A stretch of DNA of 64,000 bases from positions 223,324,001-223,388,000 of the forward strand of contig OZ024743.1 in the NCBI GenBank assembly GCA_964016885.1, given 5' to 3'. How positions within the stretch are numbered: the first letter of the stretch is position 1; each line of letters begins with the position of its first letter. Of the stretch, positions 1 to 15,392 are shown one piece after another. The translations under genes and the position numbers were made by a program. The DNA comes from Eledone cirrhosa. Lineage: Eukaryota. The notes beneath the pieces were generated by a model, which had not been told where the DNA came from, made no database searches, and saw only the letters and a program-made list of their open reading frames with translations.

Positions 1-364
1 AATAAATAAATAATTATATAAACGTATATAACAAGCGCACACACATACCTACATATAAATACACGAATGTTCGGAGACCTAAGTCAACTAAAACAAGAAG
101 TACACATATACACACACCCACCATACGTACGAACCTGCATACTCACGCAGACGCAAAACTCCCGTATACACATAGCCAAACCCTAAATACCAGAATATAT
201 AAAAATTATACGCCATAACAATCAAATATACGTACGAGAAGGTATACATACCTTCACAAAACATACGGGTAATATATACTTACCTATGCAAATAAGTAAA
301 GGAATAAACAAAACATATACTTAGCTCCCACATCAAGACATAAAATATCCACGTATAGATCGTA

Positions 365-1775
365 CTATCCGTTAGGGTATAACGTTGGGCTGTAATACAG
401 GAAAGTTTTGTGCAATTTATGTTTACAAGCCGAAATTGCCTCAGATTTTTTGTTTAAGATGTGGTCTGTGGCGTAGAGTATTTCCAGGACCTCAGTGGCG
501 CAGAGGTCACATGGTCTTTTATTTCCGTTATACGATCTAGCCCTAGCTAGGATCTCCCAGTATAACTTATATTGGGTGTGGTTGTCTTTTAGACTCCAGA
601 TATAAGCTGAAAGTGACGTCATATTCCTTCTTAGAGGGTAACAAAAAGAATGGGTATGCATGTAAAGACGCTGCTTGAAACTATTGGCGGTTAACCCTAT
701 GTAGGCCCTACGGGACGTGGGTGTTACAACCTTACATTTGTAGACAATGTTACTAGAGAGGCATTTCCCGGATAGGGGGCAATCAGCCCGATTCCTACAA
801 TTACAGTTAGTACTAACTACAGGGTTGCACGTGTTCCTACGGCTAGGTAGTTTAGCTAAATTTGAAGCTGTCATGTTATGTGCAAGGTTAGGAGTCGTAG
901 AGTAGGAAATTTTAATAGTATTTCTATTAAAAATTTTACTATATTTATGTGTAGGGGGAAAATGCTTCGTAATAAGGGAAAGGAAGATCTTAGCTAATGG
1001 TGTGGCCACCTCCATATTATATGGTGGGTTAAACCAACAAATGCGACGGGATCTATTTCTTCTAGGTCTATTTTCGTACTCTGTATATGCTACCTTATCG
1101 ACAAATCCACTTCGAGCGAGAGCTTCATTGTAATAAGTGGAATGGTCGTTGAAAATGCGCTCGTTGGTGGAAAGACGGGAAAGCCTCAACGAAACGTTTC
1201 TTACCAGGTTCTTGGTTATGCTGGCAGGATGGTTGGAATGCTTACTTATGTAATTAAGCGTATCATTCGGCTTTCTATACGGGTAATACAACCCATTCAA
1301 TAAATTGAGGGTAACGTCGAGGTAATTAACGACCGAGAGATTGGCCTCAACCTGTATAGAGAGGTTGAAGCCTTTAAAGAAGGCTGTGAGTTCTTTTCTG
1401 AACCTGTCGCAAGCACAAGGTCCGCACTTAGTCATGGTCAAAAGACCATCGTCACGGTACAAACCACCGCCCGCGTTGGGGAATTCGTCCTTGATAGAGA
1501 AAAGAAGGAAAAGGCCAATAAGATCAGTAACCTCCGCAGAGTCACTGGCGCCCATACTCACGTCGAATGGAGTACTATTGGATTTTTTAATCCAAATAGA
1601 GTCGTCGAAATTAATCACCGACTTTTGGGCATTAAGGATGACATCAACTTCGAAATCCTTAACCACTGTGAGTGTTTTAGCGAAATTGATAGCTCTAAGG
1701 AGAAGTGGTAAAGTGATGGAGGAGTAGTAAATGTTGATGTCGAATTGGATAAAATGGCAATGTTCCTTGTTACGT
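365..1775 (-). mobile_element. Penelope-like element (PLE), 5'-truncated; open frame with RT plus C-terminal GIY-YIG endonuclease
   Basis: The frame stays open upstream of the listed ORF (FIQFDINIYYSSIT = RT motif A). It contains FDVSMGASDSAEVTDLIG, LYRDDGL, the thumb YRKP...SNHP, a CNCRNRADCPL linker, VY..YIG and a C-terminal CDLC..CKH. It is cut at ~1775 by an RTE 3' fragment. Confidence 0.92.
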
Positions 1776-2232
1776 ATGTCACTGGACCGAGACCACTGGA
1801 CCGAGACCTTTGGCGGTACTCAGTAACAGAGAAGACCTGCCTTACCTAAATACATAGTAAAACCTACTACAGCCAGTAGGCATCTCTAACAAAATACACC
1901 CCGTCCCACCACCCCCACCCCATCCACACCACCCCCTTCTATGTAAAGTTATGTTGGTGCCACACCATCCAGGCCGAAACAAATGAGATCGTGTAGGTGT
2001 CACGACAAAAAAACACACAGTCCACGCTGTAATGTGGCCGTGTAGGCAACATGGTAAAAACCTCCCAGTCCCACACTGTAAATGTGGTTGATGTTAGGAA
2101 GGGCATCCAACTGTAGAAAACCTGCCAGACAGTCCTATGCGAGCAAGACAATCACTCTTGCCTCAAGTGGGAATACCCCCGTCCAAACCCATGCAAGCGT
2201 GGAACACGGACATTAAACGTTGATGATGATGA
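1776..2232 (+). mobile_element. RTE-clade LINE 3' end (ORF tail, 3' UTR, (GAT)n tail)
   Basis: Near-identical to the 3' ends at 3420-3860, 22300-22690 (rc) and 61970-62417; ends in (gat)n. Confidence 0.85.
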
Positions 2233-2488
2233 TGTATATATATATGTATATATATATATGTATATATATATGTATATATATATATGTATATGTATATATG
2301 TATATATATATGTATATATGTATATGTATATATATATGTATATGTATATATATATATATGTATATATGTATATATATATGTGTATATGTATGTATATATA
2401 TATGTATATATATATGTATATATATATGTGTATATATATGTATATATATATGTATGTATATATATATGTATGTATATATATATGTATG

Positions 2489-2521
<33 letters not shown>

Positions 2522-2778
2522 GTATGTATATATATATATGTATATATATATATGTATATATATATATGTATATATATATGTATATATATATGTATATATA
2601 TATGTATATATATATGTGTATATATATATGTATATATATATGTGTATATATATATGTATATATATATGTATATATATATATATGTATATATATATATGTA
2701 TATATGTATATGTATATGTATATATATATATATGTATATATGTATATGTATATATATATATATGTATATATATATATG

Positions 2779-2809
<31 letters not shown>

Positions 2810-3052
2810 GTATATATATATATGTATATATGTATATGTATATATATATATGTATATGTATATATGTGTATATGTATATATATATATATGTATATGTATA
2901 TATGTGTATATGTATATATATATGTATATATGTGTATATGTATATATATATGTATATATGTATATGTATATATATATGTATATGTATATGAATATATATA
3001 TGTATATATATATGTATATATATATGTATATATATATATGTATATGTATATA
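2233..3052. repeat. (TA)n/(TATG)n microsatellite
   Basis: Seen directly; produces spurious YI-rich ORFs. Confidence 0.97.
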
Positions 3053-3860
3053 TGGAAAAAGTTCAGAGAGCTTATACCACTATTAGCCGCTAAAGGGTTC
3101 TCCCTAAAAATAAAAGGCAGGCTGTATGATGCCTGCATACGAACAGCAATGTTGCATGGCAGTGAGACCTGGGCATTGTGTGCAGAGGATATACGCAGAC
3201 TAGAGAGGAACGAAGCTTGCATGCTCCGCTGGATGTGTAATAGTAATATACGTGAACGGCAAAGCATAAACGATACGTGATGCGCATGAAAGACGACAGC
3301 TGTATAAAAAAGTGCAGGGCAATAAAGATAGACGGTAGCCACGGAGTAGGCAGACCCAGAAAAACCTGCGACGACCTGATAAATGCCGACCTCACACACT
3401 TACACCTCTCCAAGACAATGTCACTGGACCGAGATCTTTGGCGGTACTCAGTAATAGAGAAGACCCGCCTTACCTAAATACAAAGTAAAACCTACTACAG
3501 TCAGTAGGCATCTCTAACAAAATACGCCCCCGTCACACCACCCCCACCCTATCCACACCACCCATTTCAATGTAAAGTTATGTTGGTGCCACAACATCCA
3601 GGCCGAAACAAATGAGATCGTGTAGGTGTCACGACAAAAAAACACACAGTCCACGCTGTAATGTGGCCGTGTAGGCAACACGATAAAAACCTCCCAGTCC
3701 CACACTGTAAATGTGGTGGTGTTAGGAAGGGCATCCAGCTCTAGAAAACCCGCCAGACAGTCCTATGCGAGCAAGACAACCACTCTTGCCTCAAGTGGGA
3801 AAACTCCCGTCCAAACCCATGCAAGCGTGGAAGATGGACGTTAAACGATGATGATGATGA
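3053..3860 (+). mobile_element. RTE-clade LINE, 5'-truncated, with an internal deletion near 3273
   Basis: Encodes [19 protein letters not shown]...HGSETW...GRPRKT, matching the ORF at 22627-23922; shared 3' UTR and (gat)n tail. Confidence 0.9.
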
Positions 3861-3998
3861 TATATGTATATATATATGTATATGTATATATATATGGATA
3901 TATATATGTATATATATATGTATATATATATATGTATATGTATATATATATGTATATATATATGTTATGACATATATATGTATATGTATATATATATG

Positions 3999-4031
<33 letters not shown>

Positions 4032-4669
4032 GTATATGTATATATATATGTATATATATATATGTTATGTCAGTTGGTGCTACTGGTAACATGTATCCCA
4101 GTACAACCTGTCCCATTGTCGGGTCGTTGGCGACTAAACTGGCAACCCCACCAAGGTTTCCTGGTGAGGAGGGTAATTTTGGACATCCTGCAGGACTAAA
4201 AACAAAACCTGTCAAAGGGCAAAGGAGCTCTTAAGAGTCAATGGCCATCCAAATTCACCGGCAGAGATGACCCCTTAGCTTTTGTCAAGGCAGAATTCTA
4301 GGAGAAGGAAAACTCTGATATAACACATGCAACCCTGATGGTATCCAATGATGTTGACTTGTTCTTCTTTTTAGTAAATATCATCTTGGTTAAGAGAGTG
4401 GGACTGGCTTTGTGCAGTGCCTTTGCTCACTATAAAAGCTTCACGGCACAGGCATTGCTTTATATCTGGAGATCTCTCTGCACTTGTCGTCACATGGTAC
4501 CATGGGCCCAGCACTATGTGTCAATAATTGTCACAAGTGTAGTGTTTGTACCAGAGTTTTCAAGTCGCTGGCGGGACTAAAAAGTCACACTCGTTCAGCG
4601 CATCGGTAGGGGTTCTCCTACATGGATATAAAGTAGTGGCCGTACTCGAAAACGAGTTGGCAGCCACCA

Positions 4670-5424
<755 letters not shown>

Positions 5425-5500
5425 CGAAGGAAATGTGGTAAGGAACCAGGTGGACCATAACGCACCAAAGTACTCAATACTTGAGGTAGTAGAGTGGGTA

Positions 5501-5619
5501 ATAGGAACCAGTAAGACCCCGACAGCTGAGCTCAAGCCGTTTCGACGGCTAATTCTGGAGTCCAGAATTAGCCGTCGAAACGGCTTGAGCTCAGCTGTCG
5601 GGGTCTTACTGGTTCCTAT
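5501..5619. repeat. Perfect palindrome, 59-bp arms with a 1-nt spacer
   Basis: 5501-5559 is the exact reverse complement of 5561-5619 (ataggaacc...tctgga g tccaga...ggttcctat). Confidence 0.97.
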
Positions 5620-5644
5620 ATATATATATATATATAATATATAT

Positions 5645-5760
<116 letters not shown>

Positions 5761-8700
5761 TATATATGTATATATATATGTATGTATATATATATATATG
5801 TTTAGGCAAAGAAACAGGTGTGTGTGCAAAAGAGAAAGATGGGGGTGTATTTGGCTCAGGTGTGTGAGCATCTGTGTGGGCCTGTTTAAGTCTATCAACC
5901 GCAATGGTCTCTCTGGATCCCTTAATGTCTACAGTGAAATGAAATGTTTATCAGAATGAGCCAACACACGGTAGGGTCTAGAGTACGGTTGTGTGCGAGG
6001 TGGTCTCGCAGCATCGTTTCTTACAAACACATGGGTCCACGAGGCAATATCCCTCGGGACTGCAGATTTTACAGTTTGTTTCCTCGTATCCATCGGCGGT
6101 AGGTCCTGAAAATAAGAACGCAGACGGGATATGTAGGAAAGCGGATCTTGTGCAGCAAGATTGACAGGGGCAAGCATATGCCCAGGCAACGCTAGAGGAG
6201 CACCATACAATAATTCGGCCGGGGAGAACCCAAGGTCCTCCTTTATTGATGACCGAATCCCCAACAACACAATAGGGAGGTACTCGCTCCAACGCGTAGA
6301 GTCTGGAGAAGTCCGTAGAGCGGCTTTTAGTTGTCGGTGGAAACGCTCCACCATTCCATTAGAGGCAGGATGATATGCAGTCGTTCGGATGCGTCTAGCG
6401 CTGATGATTTTCGTTAATTTATGGAAGAGATTCAATTCAAACTGTCTTCCACGGTCCGTTGTAATCGTGGTTGGCACTCCAAAGTGGGCAATCCATCTTG
6501 ATACTAGGGCATGCGCTGTCGTTTCAGCAGTGATGTCTTTCAAGGGGATGGCTTTAGGCCATCGCGAAAAACGATCAATAACAGTCACTAGATAAGTATG
6601 ACCACCAATGACTGGCCAAGGTCCCACGATGTCCACATGAATGTGCGGGAAACGGGCGTCCGGTGTACTGAACATACCGAGCGGAGTCTTAACGTGTTTA
6701 TGGATTTTCGATTTCTGGCAAGCAATGCAGGAACGGCACCAAGCAGTAATATCGCGCCTCTTATTTGGCCAGAAGAATCTGGCTGTTATGAGCTTTAACT
6801 GTGGCAGAAGATCCTGGGTGGGAAATGCTGTGTAAAGCAAGAAACACAGTACGACGATGGTTTAGCGGGACGAATGGTCTCGGTGAATCCAAGGAAACGT
6901 CGCAGAGATTCTGTCCGTCTGCGGTGGGCAATGGCAGGTATTTCAAATTACTCGTCGCAAATTCGGCTGATGTAATATCCAACGTTTCCAGTGCAGGTTG
7001 GTCTGCTGCCAAGTGATTTAAATCGATGTCGTGGGCAATTGAACTGATCGGCAATCGAGACAGGGCGTCAGCCACTGTGTTTAATGAGCCTGGAATGTGT
7101 TGGATGTTGTTTGTGAATTGCGAGATAAAGTCGAGATGCCATGTTTCTCTGGGCGAGTACTTGTCGGACTTTGCCCTTAAAGCGAAGGTCAAAGGTTTAT
7201 GGTCAGTATAGATTGTAAAACACCTTCCTTCGAGCATATGTTAAAAATGTTTCACGGAAAGGTAGATGGCTAACAGCTCCCGGCCAAAGGTGCTGTAGCG
7301 AGTTTCTGCAGGCTTCAACTTCCTGGAGAAAAATTCCAATGGTTGTTGGTGATCGTCACTACTCTGTTGTAAGACTGCACCCAATGCAGTATCCGATGCA
7401 TCAACACAAAGCGAAAGCTTGGCATTGAACACTAGGTGGGTCCAGCAAAGATGCACTAGCCAATGCTGAGTCTGAGTCAAAGAGATGTCCTCATTTTTCT
7501 TGCAGCAATTTTTCAGGATCTCAGTAAGAGAGAAGAGTTAATTAGCACAATGCGGAACAAAACGTCTATAGAAATTTATCAGTCCTAGGAATTGTTGCAA
7601 CTGACGAAGTGAGGTCGGTGGAGGCAAATCCTCTATAGCCTGAACTTGTTGAGGGAGGGGTCGAATACCCTCGGAGTCAATGACATAACCTAAAAAATTC
7701 AGCGATTCCGCACCGAAAACACATTTTGTGGTATTTATTTGAACACTGTAATCCTTGAGTCGACAAAACAAAAGATTCAAATGACGTATGTGTTCTTCTC
7801 TGGAGAACTAGCAATAAGCAGATCATCAATATAAGTGTAGACAAAGTCTAAACCACGAGTGACCTCATCCATGAACCGTTGAAATGTGCTAGCAGCATTC
7901 CTAAGTCCGAAAGGCATGGTAAGAAATTCGAATGATCCAAATGGAGTCGTAATGGCCGTTTTCGAAATATCTTTCTTGACAGGAATCTGATGATAGGCTC
8001 GCACCAAATCGAGCTTCGAGAATATTTTACATCCCTGCAATGACGATGCAAAATCTTGCAGGTGTGGAATAGGATATCTATCCGGGACAGTTATAGCATT
8101 TAACTTCCTATAATCCCCAGTGGGTCTCCAGTTGCTAGAAGTCTTGGGTACCATGTGTAACGGAGAAGCCCAAGGGCTCGTAGAAGGGTGAATTATGCCT
8201 AGCTGCAGCATGTGGTCGAACTCGGACCGTGCTGCCTTCAATTTGTCCGCAGGCAAGCAATGAGGACGTGAGAACACTGGGGTGCCAGTTGTAGAGATAA
8301 AATGCTCCGTTGTGTGAGTTGGTTCGACAACTTGAAAATTTCCCTGAGTAAGCTGTGAAAAAAAATTCAACAATGCATGATAGGGATTCCCAGCATTAGC
8401 GATGAAAAAGGTCGGGGCTAACTGTTGGAAAATTAGCTTTCTGGTCGCGAAGAGAAAAACCAGTAATGTCGTCTACTAGGCGTCGGCCAAGGACGTCCAT
8501 TGTCAATGCAAAATGGTGTAGAAAATTTGCTCCCAAGATCGGATATGGTAGGTCAGCAACCGTAAAAATCCATTTGAATTCTCGTCGAAGATTTCTGAAT
8601 TGCAGAGGAAGCGAGATTTGTCCAAAAGTCCGTATCGGCGAATGATTGACAGCTTGTAGATTCATTGATGACTCAGGAGGTTCTGTTGTGTCTCGCAGAG

Positions 8701-9350
8701 TTCACTTGCGCCTTTAGTGACTCTGATCTACATTTCCCGAAGCTGAATATTTACATGGAGGCCGGCAATGTTTTGCCTTATCCGCGAAGGTGGTATGATA
8801 CCAGCAAAATATGGATTGCTGGCGGGTGAAGTAGTATGCTGACGTGGAGTCGCGAAAGAACGCGAATGACTCCTAGGCCGCCGGGAATACGGCCTATTCG
8901 CCCTACATAATCGAGCGACTTGCTGCGTCAAAGTGTCAATAGCCTTCAACATGGCATCCTCGCGTGTCGAGACGGGCTGGTTCAAATATGAAGAAGAAGC
9001 AGGTAAATTAGGAGCATTCATTGTCAATCTATTTCCACAAGGACGAATAAAAGTAAGTAATGTTCAGGACTACGGGAAAACAGCACAATTGGTGGTATCT
9101 GTGATTCGAGATAGTCATTATGAAACAAGCTGGCGTCGCATTTCTTTTCCAAAACTAGGATATGGTCGCGTGACGAGGCTAAGCCAATCAGATGGCTGCA
9201 TTTGAGAAGAAAGACAATGTGCGGGAATGTTAGCTGGCCAGTCAGCCATGTTGAAAAAAAAAAAATTTTTTTTTCTTTTTTGTGTAAGATGAACAATTTT
9301 CAATTAAAACGAATGGTGAAATTAAGCAGGCTGCGTTTTCATATTTAATC

Positions 9351-9364
9351 GTCGAGGGTCACCA
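9351..9364 (-). promoter_or_regulatory. Primer-binding site, tRNA-Trp type
   Basis: The minus strand reads TGGTGACCCTCGAC next to the LTR, nearly complementary to the eukaryotic tRNA-Trp 3' end (GUCGGGGUCACCA). Confidence 0.75.
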
Positions 9365-9365
9365 C

Positions 9366-9712
9366 TTTAGGCGGAGTGGTTGGCAGTCATCTCGTCTAAT
9401 TGGATATTGTTTACTGGCACATAGTCAAAGAAGGAATAAAGGAACATACCTCAATTTTATGTTATAAAAACATTTTTAATAGGAGCAATTACAGAATATA
9501 TTGAAATACATCAGTGCTCCTAGTGTTGGGATATATTTTAGTCGTCATATAAAACCGCATGGTGTGATATCGTCATTTGGATCACTGCGTAGAACACGTC
9601 TATTGTCTCCAAGCTCTCATTGGTCCAAGTGTTATTGTCTCAGCCACTGACGTCAGAACTAAGGGCAGTTAATCGACTGCCTTCACAGTCGATGCTAGAT
9701 GCATGATCTACA
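9366..9712 (-). repeat. Putative 5' LTR of the Gypsy element (~347 bp)
   Basis: Bounded by tttag...ctaca (degenerate TGTAG...CTACA), adjacent to the PBS, abutting (TA)n. Confidence 0.6.
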
Positions 9713-11745
<2,033 letters not shown>

Positions 11746-11913
11746 CGAGGTAACATATAATAGTTATATGCCGTCCACTAAGGTGCAGTCCAGTTATGGT
11801 ACTCCGGGTAGTGGATGATATCAACGCTTGGCTAAGTTTGACTCAACAAGGCGTTTCCATAGTGATGCTGCGAGTACGCTGTAATTCCTATGTTGTAAAC
11901 ACTTGGAGTAATA

Positions 11914-12352
11914 ATAAATCAGGAAAGAAGAGTGACACGGTTTGCTATACAAAAAAGGTTTTTAATCTCATTGCTGACAATTGTTTCTCTGAACTGGTAG
12001 GTCTAGAGATCGCTATCCGCTTATTTTCACGTTACTCGATCGCCAATACAAAGTTATAATCACTCAGTTCATCGCAGCTTGCGAGAATGAAGAGAATATA
12101 CAGGCATGAAAAAAATATACAGGCTACTATATGTAGTAGTAATGGCATTCAGTTATAACAATAACAACAATATCAACAATGCTAGCAATAAATTATTTGA
12201 AATAATCACGTCAAACTTTGTATCGGCGATCGAGTAACGTGAAAATAAGTGGATAGCGGTCTCTAGACCTAGTTCAGAAAAACAATTGTCAGCAATGAGA
12301 TTAAAAACCTTTTTTATATAGCAAACCGTGTCACTCTTCTTTCCTGATTTAT
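11914..12352. repeat. Inverted repeat, ~140-bp arms (11914-12055 / 12214-12352), ~160-bp spacer
   Basis: ataaatcaggaaagaagagtgacacgg...caaagtt matches aactttg...ccgtgtcactcttctttcctgatttat with few mismatches. Confidence 0.92.
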
Positions 12353-12365
12353 ATATATATATATG

Positions 12366-12397
<32 letters not shown>

Positions 12398-12401
12398 TGT
12401 A

Positions 12402-13103
12402 TCATCATCATCATCATCATCAACATCATCATCATCGTTTAACGTCCATGTTCCACGCTTGCATGGGTTTGGACGGGAGTTTTCCCACTTGAGGCAAGAG
12501 TGGTTGTCTTGCTCGCATAGGACTGTCTGGCGGGTTTTCTACAGCTGGATGCCCTTGCTAACACCAACCACATTTACAGTGTGGGGCTGGGAGGTTTTTA
12601 CCGTGTTGCCTACACGGGCACATTACAGCGTGGACTGTGTGTTTTTTTGTCGTGACACCTACACGATTTCATTTGTTTTGGCCTGGATGTTGTGGCACCA
12701 ACATAACTTTACATTGAAAGGGGCGGTGTGGATGGGGTAGGGGTGGTGGGACGGGGGTGTATTTTGTTAGAGATGCCTACTGACTGTAGTAGGTTTTACT
12801 TTGTATTTAGGTAAGGCGGGTCTTCTCTATTACTGAGTACCGCCAAAGATCTCGGTCCAGTGACATTGTCTTGGAGAGGTGTAAGTGTATGAGGTCGGAA
12901 TTTATCAGGTCGTCCCAGGTTTTTCTGGGTCTGCCTACTCCGTGGCTACCGTCTATCTTTATTGCCTTGCACTTTGTTATACAGCTGTCGTCTTTCATGC
13001 GCATCACGTGACCATACCAACGTAGCCTTCTCTCGAGTAAACAACATCTGATCCCTCTTATTTCTAATTTTTTCCTTAGTTCGTTTATGCTTTGCCGTTC
13101 ACG
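12402..13103 (-). mobile_element. RTE-clade LINE 3' fragment
   Basis: (cat)n tail, shared 3' UTR, ORF tail [30 protein letters not shown]. Confidence 0.9.
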
Positions 13104-13117
13104 TATATATATATATG

Positions 13118-13178
<61 letters not shown>

Positions 13179-13269
13179 GTGTATATATATATATGTGTAT
13201 ATATATATGTGTATATATATATATATGTGTATATATATATATGTGTATATATATATATATATGTATATA

Positions 13270-13300
<31 letters not shown>

Positions 13301-13325
13301 GTATGTATATATATATATATATGTG

Positions 13326-13358
<33 letters not shown>

Positions 13359-13681
13359 GTGTGTATATATATATATATGTGTGTATATATATATATATGT
13401 GTGTATATATATATATATGTATGTATATATATATATATATGTGTATATATATATATATGTGTGTGCATATATATATATATATATGTGTATATGTATATAT
13501 ATGTGTAAATGAAGTAATTCCGTCGGAAAAGTCCAAGAAAAAAGAGTGCTCTATGTAGGTAACAGAGCTTAATAGTTATGTAATAAACAACATAAGGCAA
13601 TTATTCCATTTGGATTTTAAAAATAAAAAAATTTTTATTTTTTGTTTTTAAAATCCAAATGCAATAAACAGACCAGGATTT

Positions 13682-13741
13682 TTTCATTCTGAGGATTGAA
13701 AGCAAAATTTTTTGCTTTTAAGAAACCACTGGTAAATGGAA
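13682..13741 (+). ncRNA. Minimal type I hammerhead ribozyme (copy 1)
   Basis: Stem I tttcatt/aatggaa; core CTGAGGA (13689-95); 11-bp stem II ttgaaagcaaa/tttgcttttaa; GAAA (13722-25); short stem III ACC-act-GGT; GUA triplet with predicted cleavage after 13734. Confidence 0.75.
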
Positions 13742-13813
13742 TAATTGCCTTGTTGTTTATTACATAACTATATGTATATATATATGTATATATATATGTG
13801 TATATATATATAT

Positions 13814-13851
<38 letters not shown>

Positions 13852-13932
13852 GTGTGTATATATATATGTATATATATATATATGTGTGTATATATATATG
13901 TATATATATATATATGTGTGTATATATATATG

Positions 13933-13972
<40 letters not shown>

Positions 13973-14170
13973 TATGTGTGTATATATGTATATATATATA
14001 TATAAGTGTGTGTGTATATATATGTGTATATATATATGGACTGTGTTTTTTTGTTGTGTACATATAAATACATATATATGTATATATATATATATGTGTA
14101 TATACATTTGCTAACAAGGAAGATGGACGTTAAATGATTATAATCTATATGTGTTTAAGTATGTGTGTGA

Positions 14171-14201
<31 letters not shown>

Positions 14202-14566
14202 TGATGTGTTTATATATATGTGTATGTATTTGTATATATATATACACACACACACAATATGTCTATGTATATGTGTGTGTGTATTTGTTTGTGTGTGTGC
14301 TCGCACACACACACATGCACTTGTATTCAATTTTGTGTATATAACAATGAACTTGCTCATTAGTGTTCAGCAGCATCCTATGATTAGTCTATCAGTCAGT
14401 CATGAACTTAAGAGTCTTCTATTAAACTATATAATATAATAAGATAATGGTATGGTAATTAGTTTATTTTTAGATTTTAATCTATATGGAAAATTTTTTA
14501 TGGAATATTCAGTATCTTTTGTACTCTCTTAACATCCTGTACTACATGAGACCACTTTAGTGAGAC

Positions 14567-14798
14567 TTCTTTTTCTTCGCCCACTTATTCCTGAGAAGGT
14601 CGTGGGAGCAGAGTCCTCAAACACTCCTTCCAGCGGGTCTGTCTCCGGCTGACCCAGCTGGATCTCCAAGCTAGACCATCTTGCTTGGTGTCGATGCCTG
14701 GGTCTCCTGCCCATTGGTTTTACCTGTAAAATGTGTCCAGCAATTCTTTTCTGAGGCATTCTAACCACATGCCCATAGTATTGGAGCTGTGATCTCCA
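14567..14798 (-). mobile_element. Second RTE-like LINE family, 3' fragment
   Basis: YGHVVRMPQKRIAGHILQVKPMGRRPR; inverted relative to 15023-15392. Confidence 0.75.
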
Positions 14799-15022
14799 AT
14801 ACTATCGGCATGTGGTTAGAATGTAGATACTATGGGCATGATACAAAACTCTTTGTTTTAAAGCAGTTTTAATTATCTGTAAACTTTCATCATAATTTTA
14901 TGTAAGAACATTTAAGTTATGCTCCGAGCACCATCTTAGTAATGAGAAAGTTATTTTGCCAAATATTCCTCAAATTTTAATTATTTTGAAAATTAATTAA
15001 AAATCATGATAGCCGAAATGGG

Positions 15023-15392
15023 GGTTCCTCTGAAGGGTATTTGGAGTAATGTTACTCGATAGTGTGTGTAGCTCGGAGATCAGAGAGTCACTCCAGGTAG
15101 AGCCACTACTTCTCAAAATTGAGAGATCACATCTCTGGTATTATGGGCATGTGGTTAGAATGTCTCAGGAAAGAATTGCTGGACAGATTTTACGGACAAA
15201 ATCAACTGGTAGGAGACCTAGGGATAGACCTTGAGCAAGATGGTTAGATAACATCCATCAGCTTGACTGGTCTCACTTAGGGATCCAGTCGGATCAGTTG
15301 AAGATGGTTGCTTCTGACAGGACCCGCTGGAAGGAGTGTTTAAGGACTCTGCCACCACAACCCTCTCAGGAATAAGTATGCAAAGAAGAAGA
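15023..15392 (+). mobile_element. Second RTE-like LINE family, 3' fragment
   Basis: SSEIRESLQVEPLLLKIERSHLWYYGHVVRMSQERIA...GRRPR; (gaa)n tail. Confidence 0.78.

Larger units (their letters stand above)
5929..9712 (-). mobile_element. Decayed Ty3/Gypsy LTR retrotransposon (gag remnant, PR, RT, RNase H, IN), frameshifted; 3' LTR not seen
   Basis: [30 protein letters not shown]; RNase H DASD..GAVLQQ, ELLAI, TDHKPL, ADALSR; integrase [23 protein letters not shown]; PR remnant PILGANFL. Domain order is PR-RT-RH-IN. Confidence 0.93.

Noticed and set aside
5529-5592. Hammerhead inside the perfect palindrome (CGAAAC)
   Set aside because: There is no CUGANGA core; the GAAA lies in a simple hairpin loop.
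5800-5928. 3' LTR of the Gypsy element
   Set aside because: Only tttaggc is shared with 9366-9712; there is no extended match.
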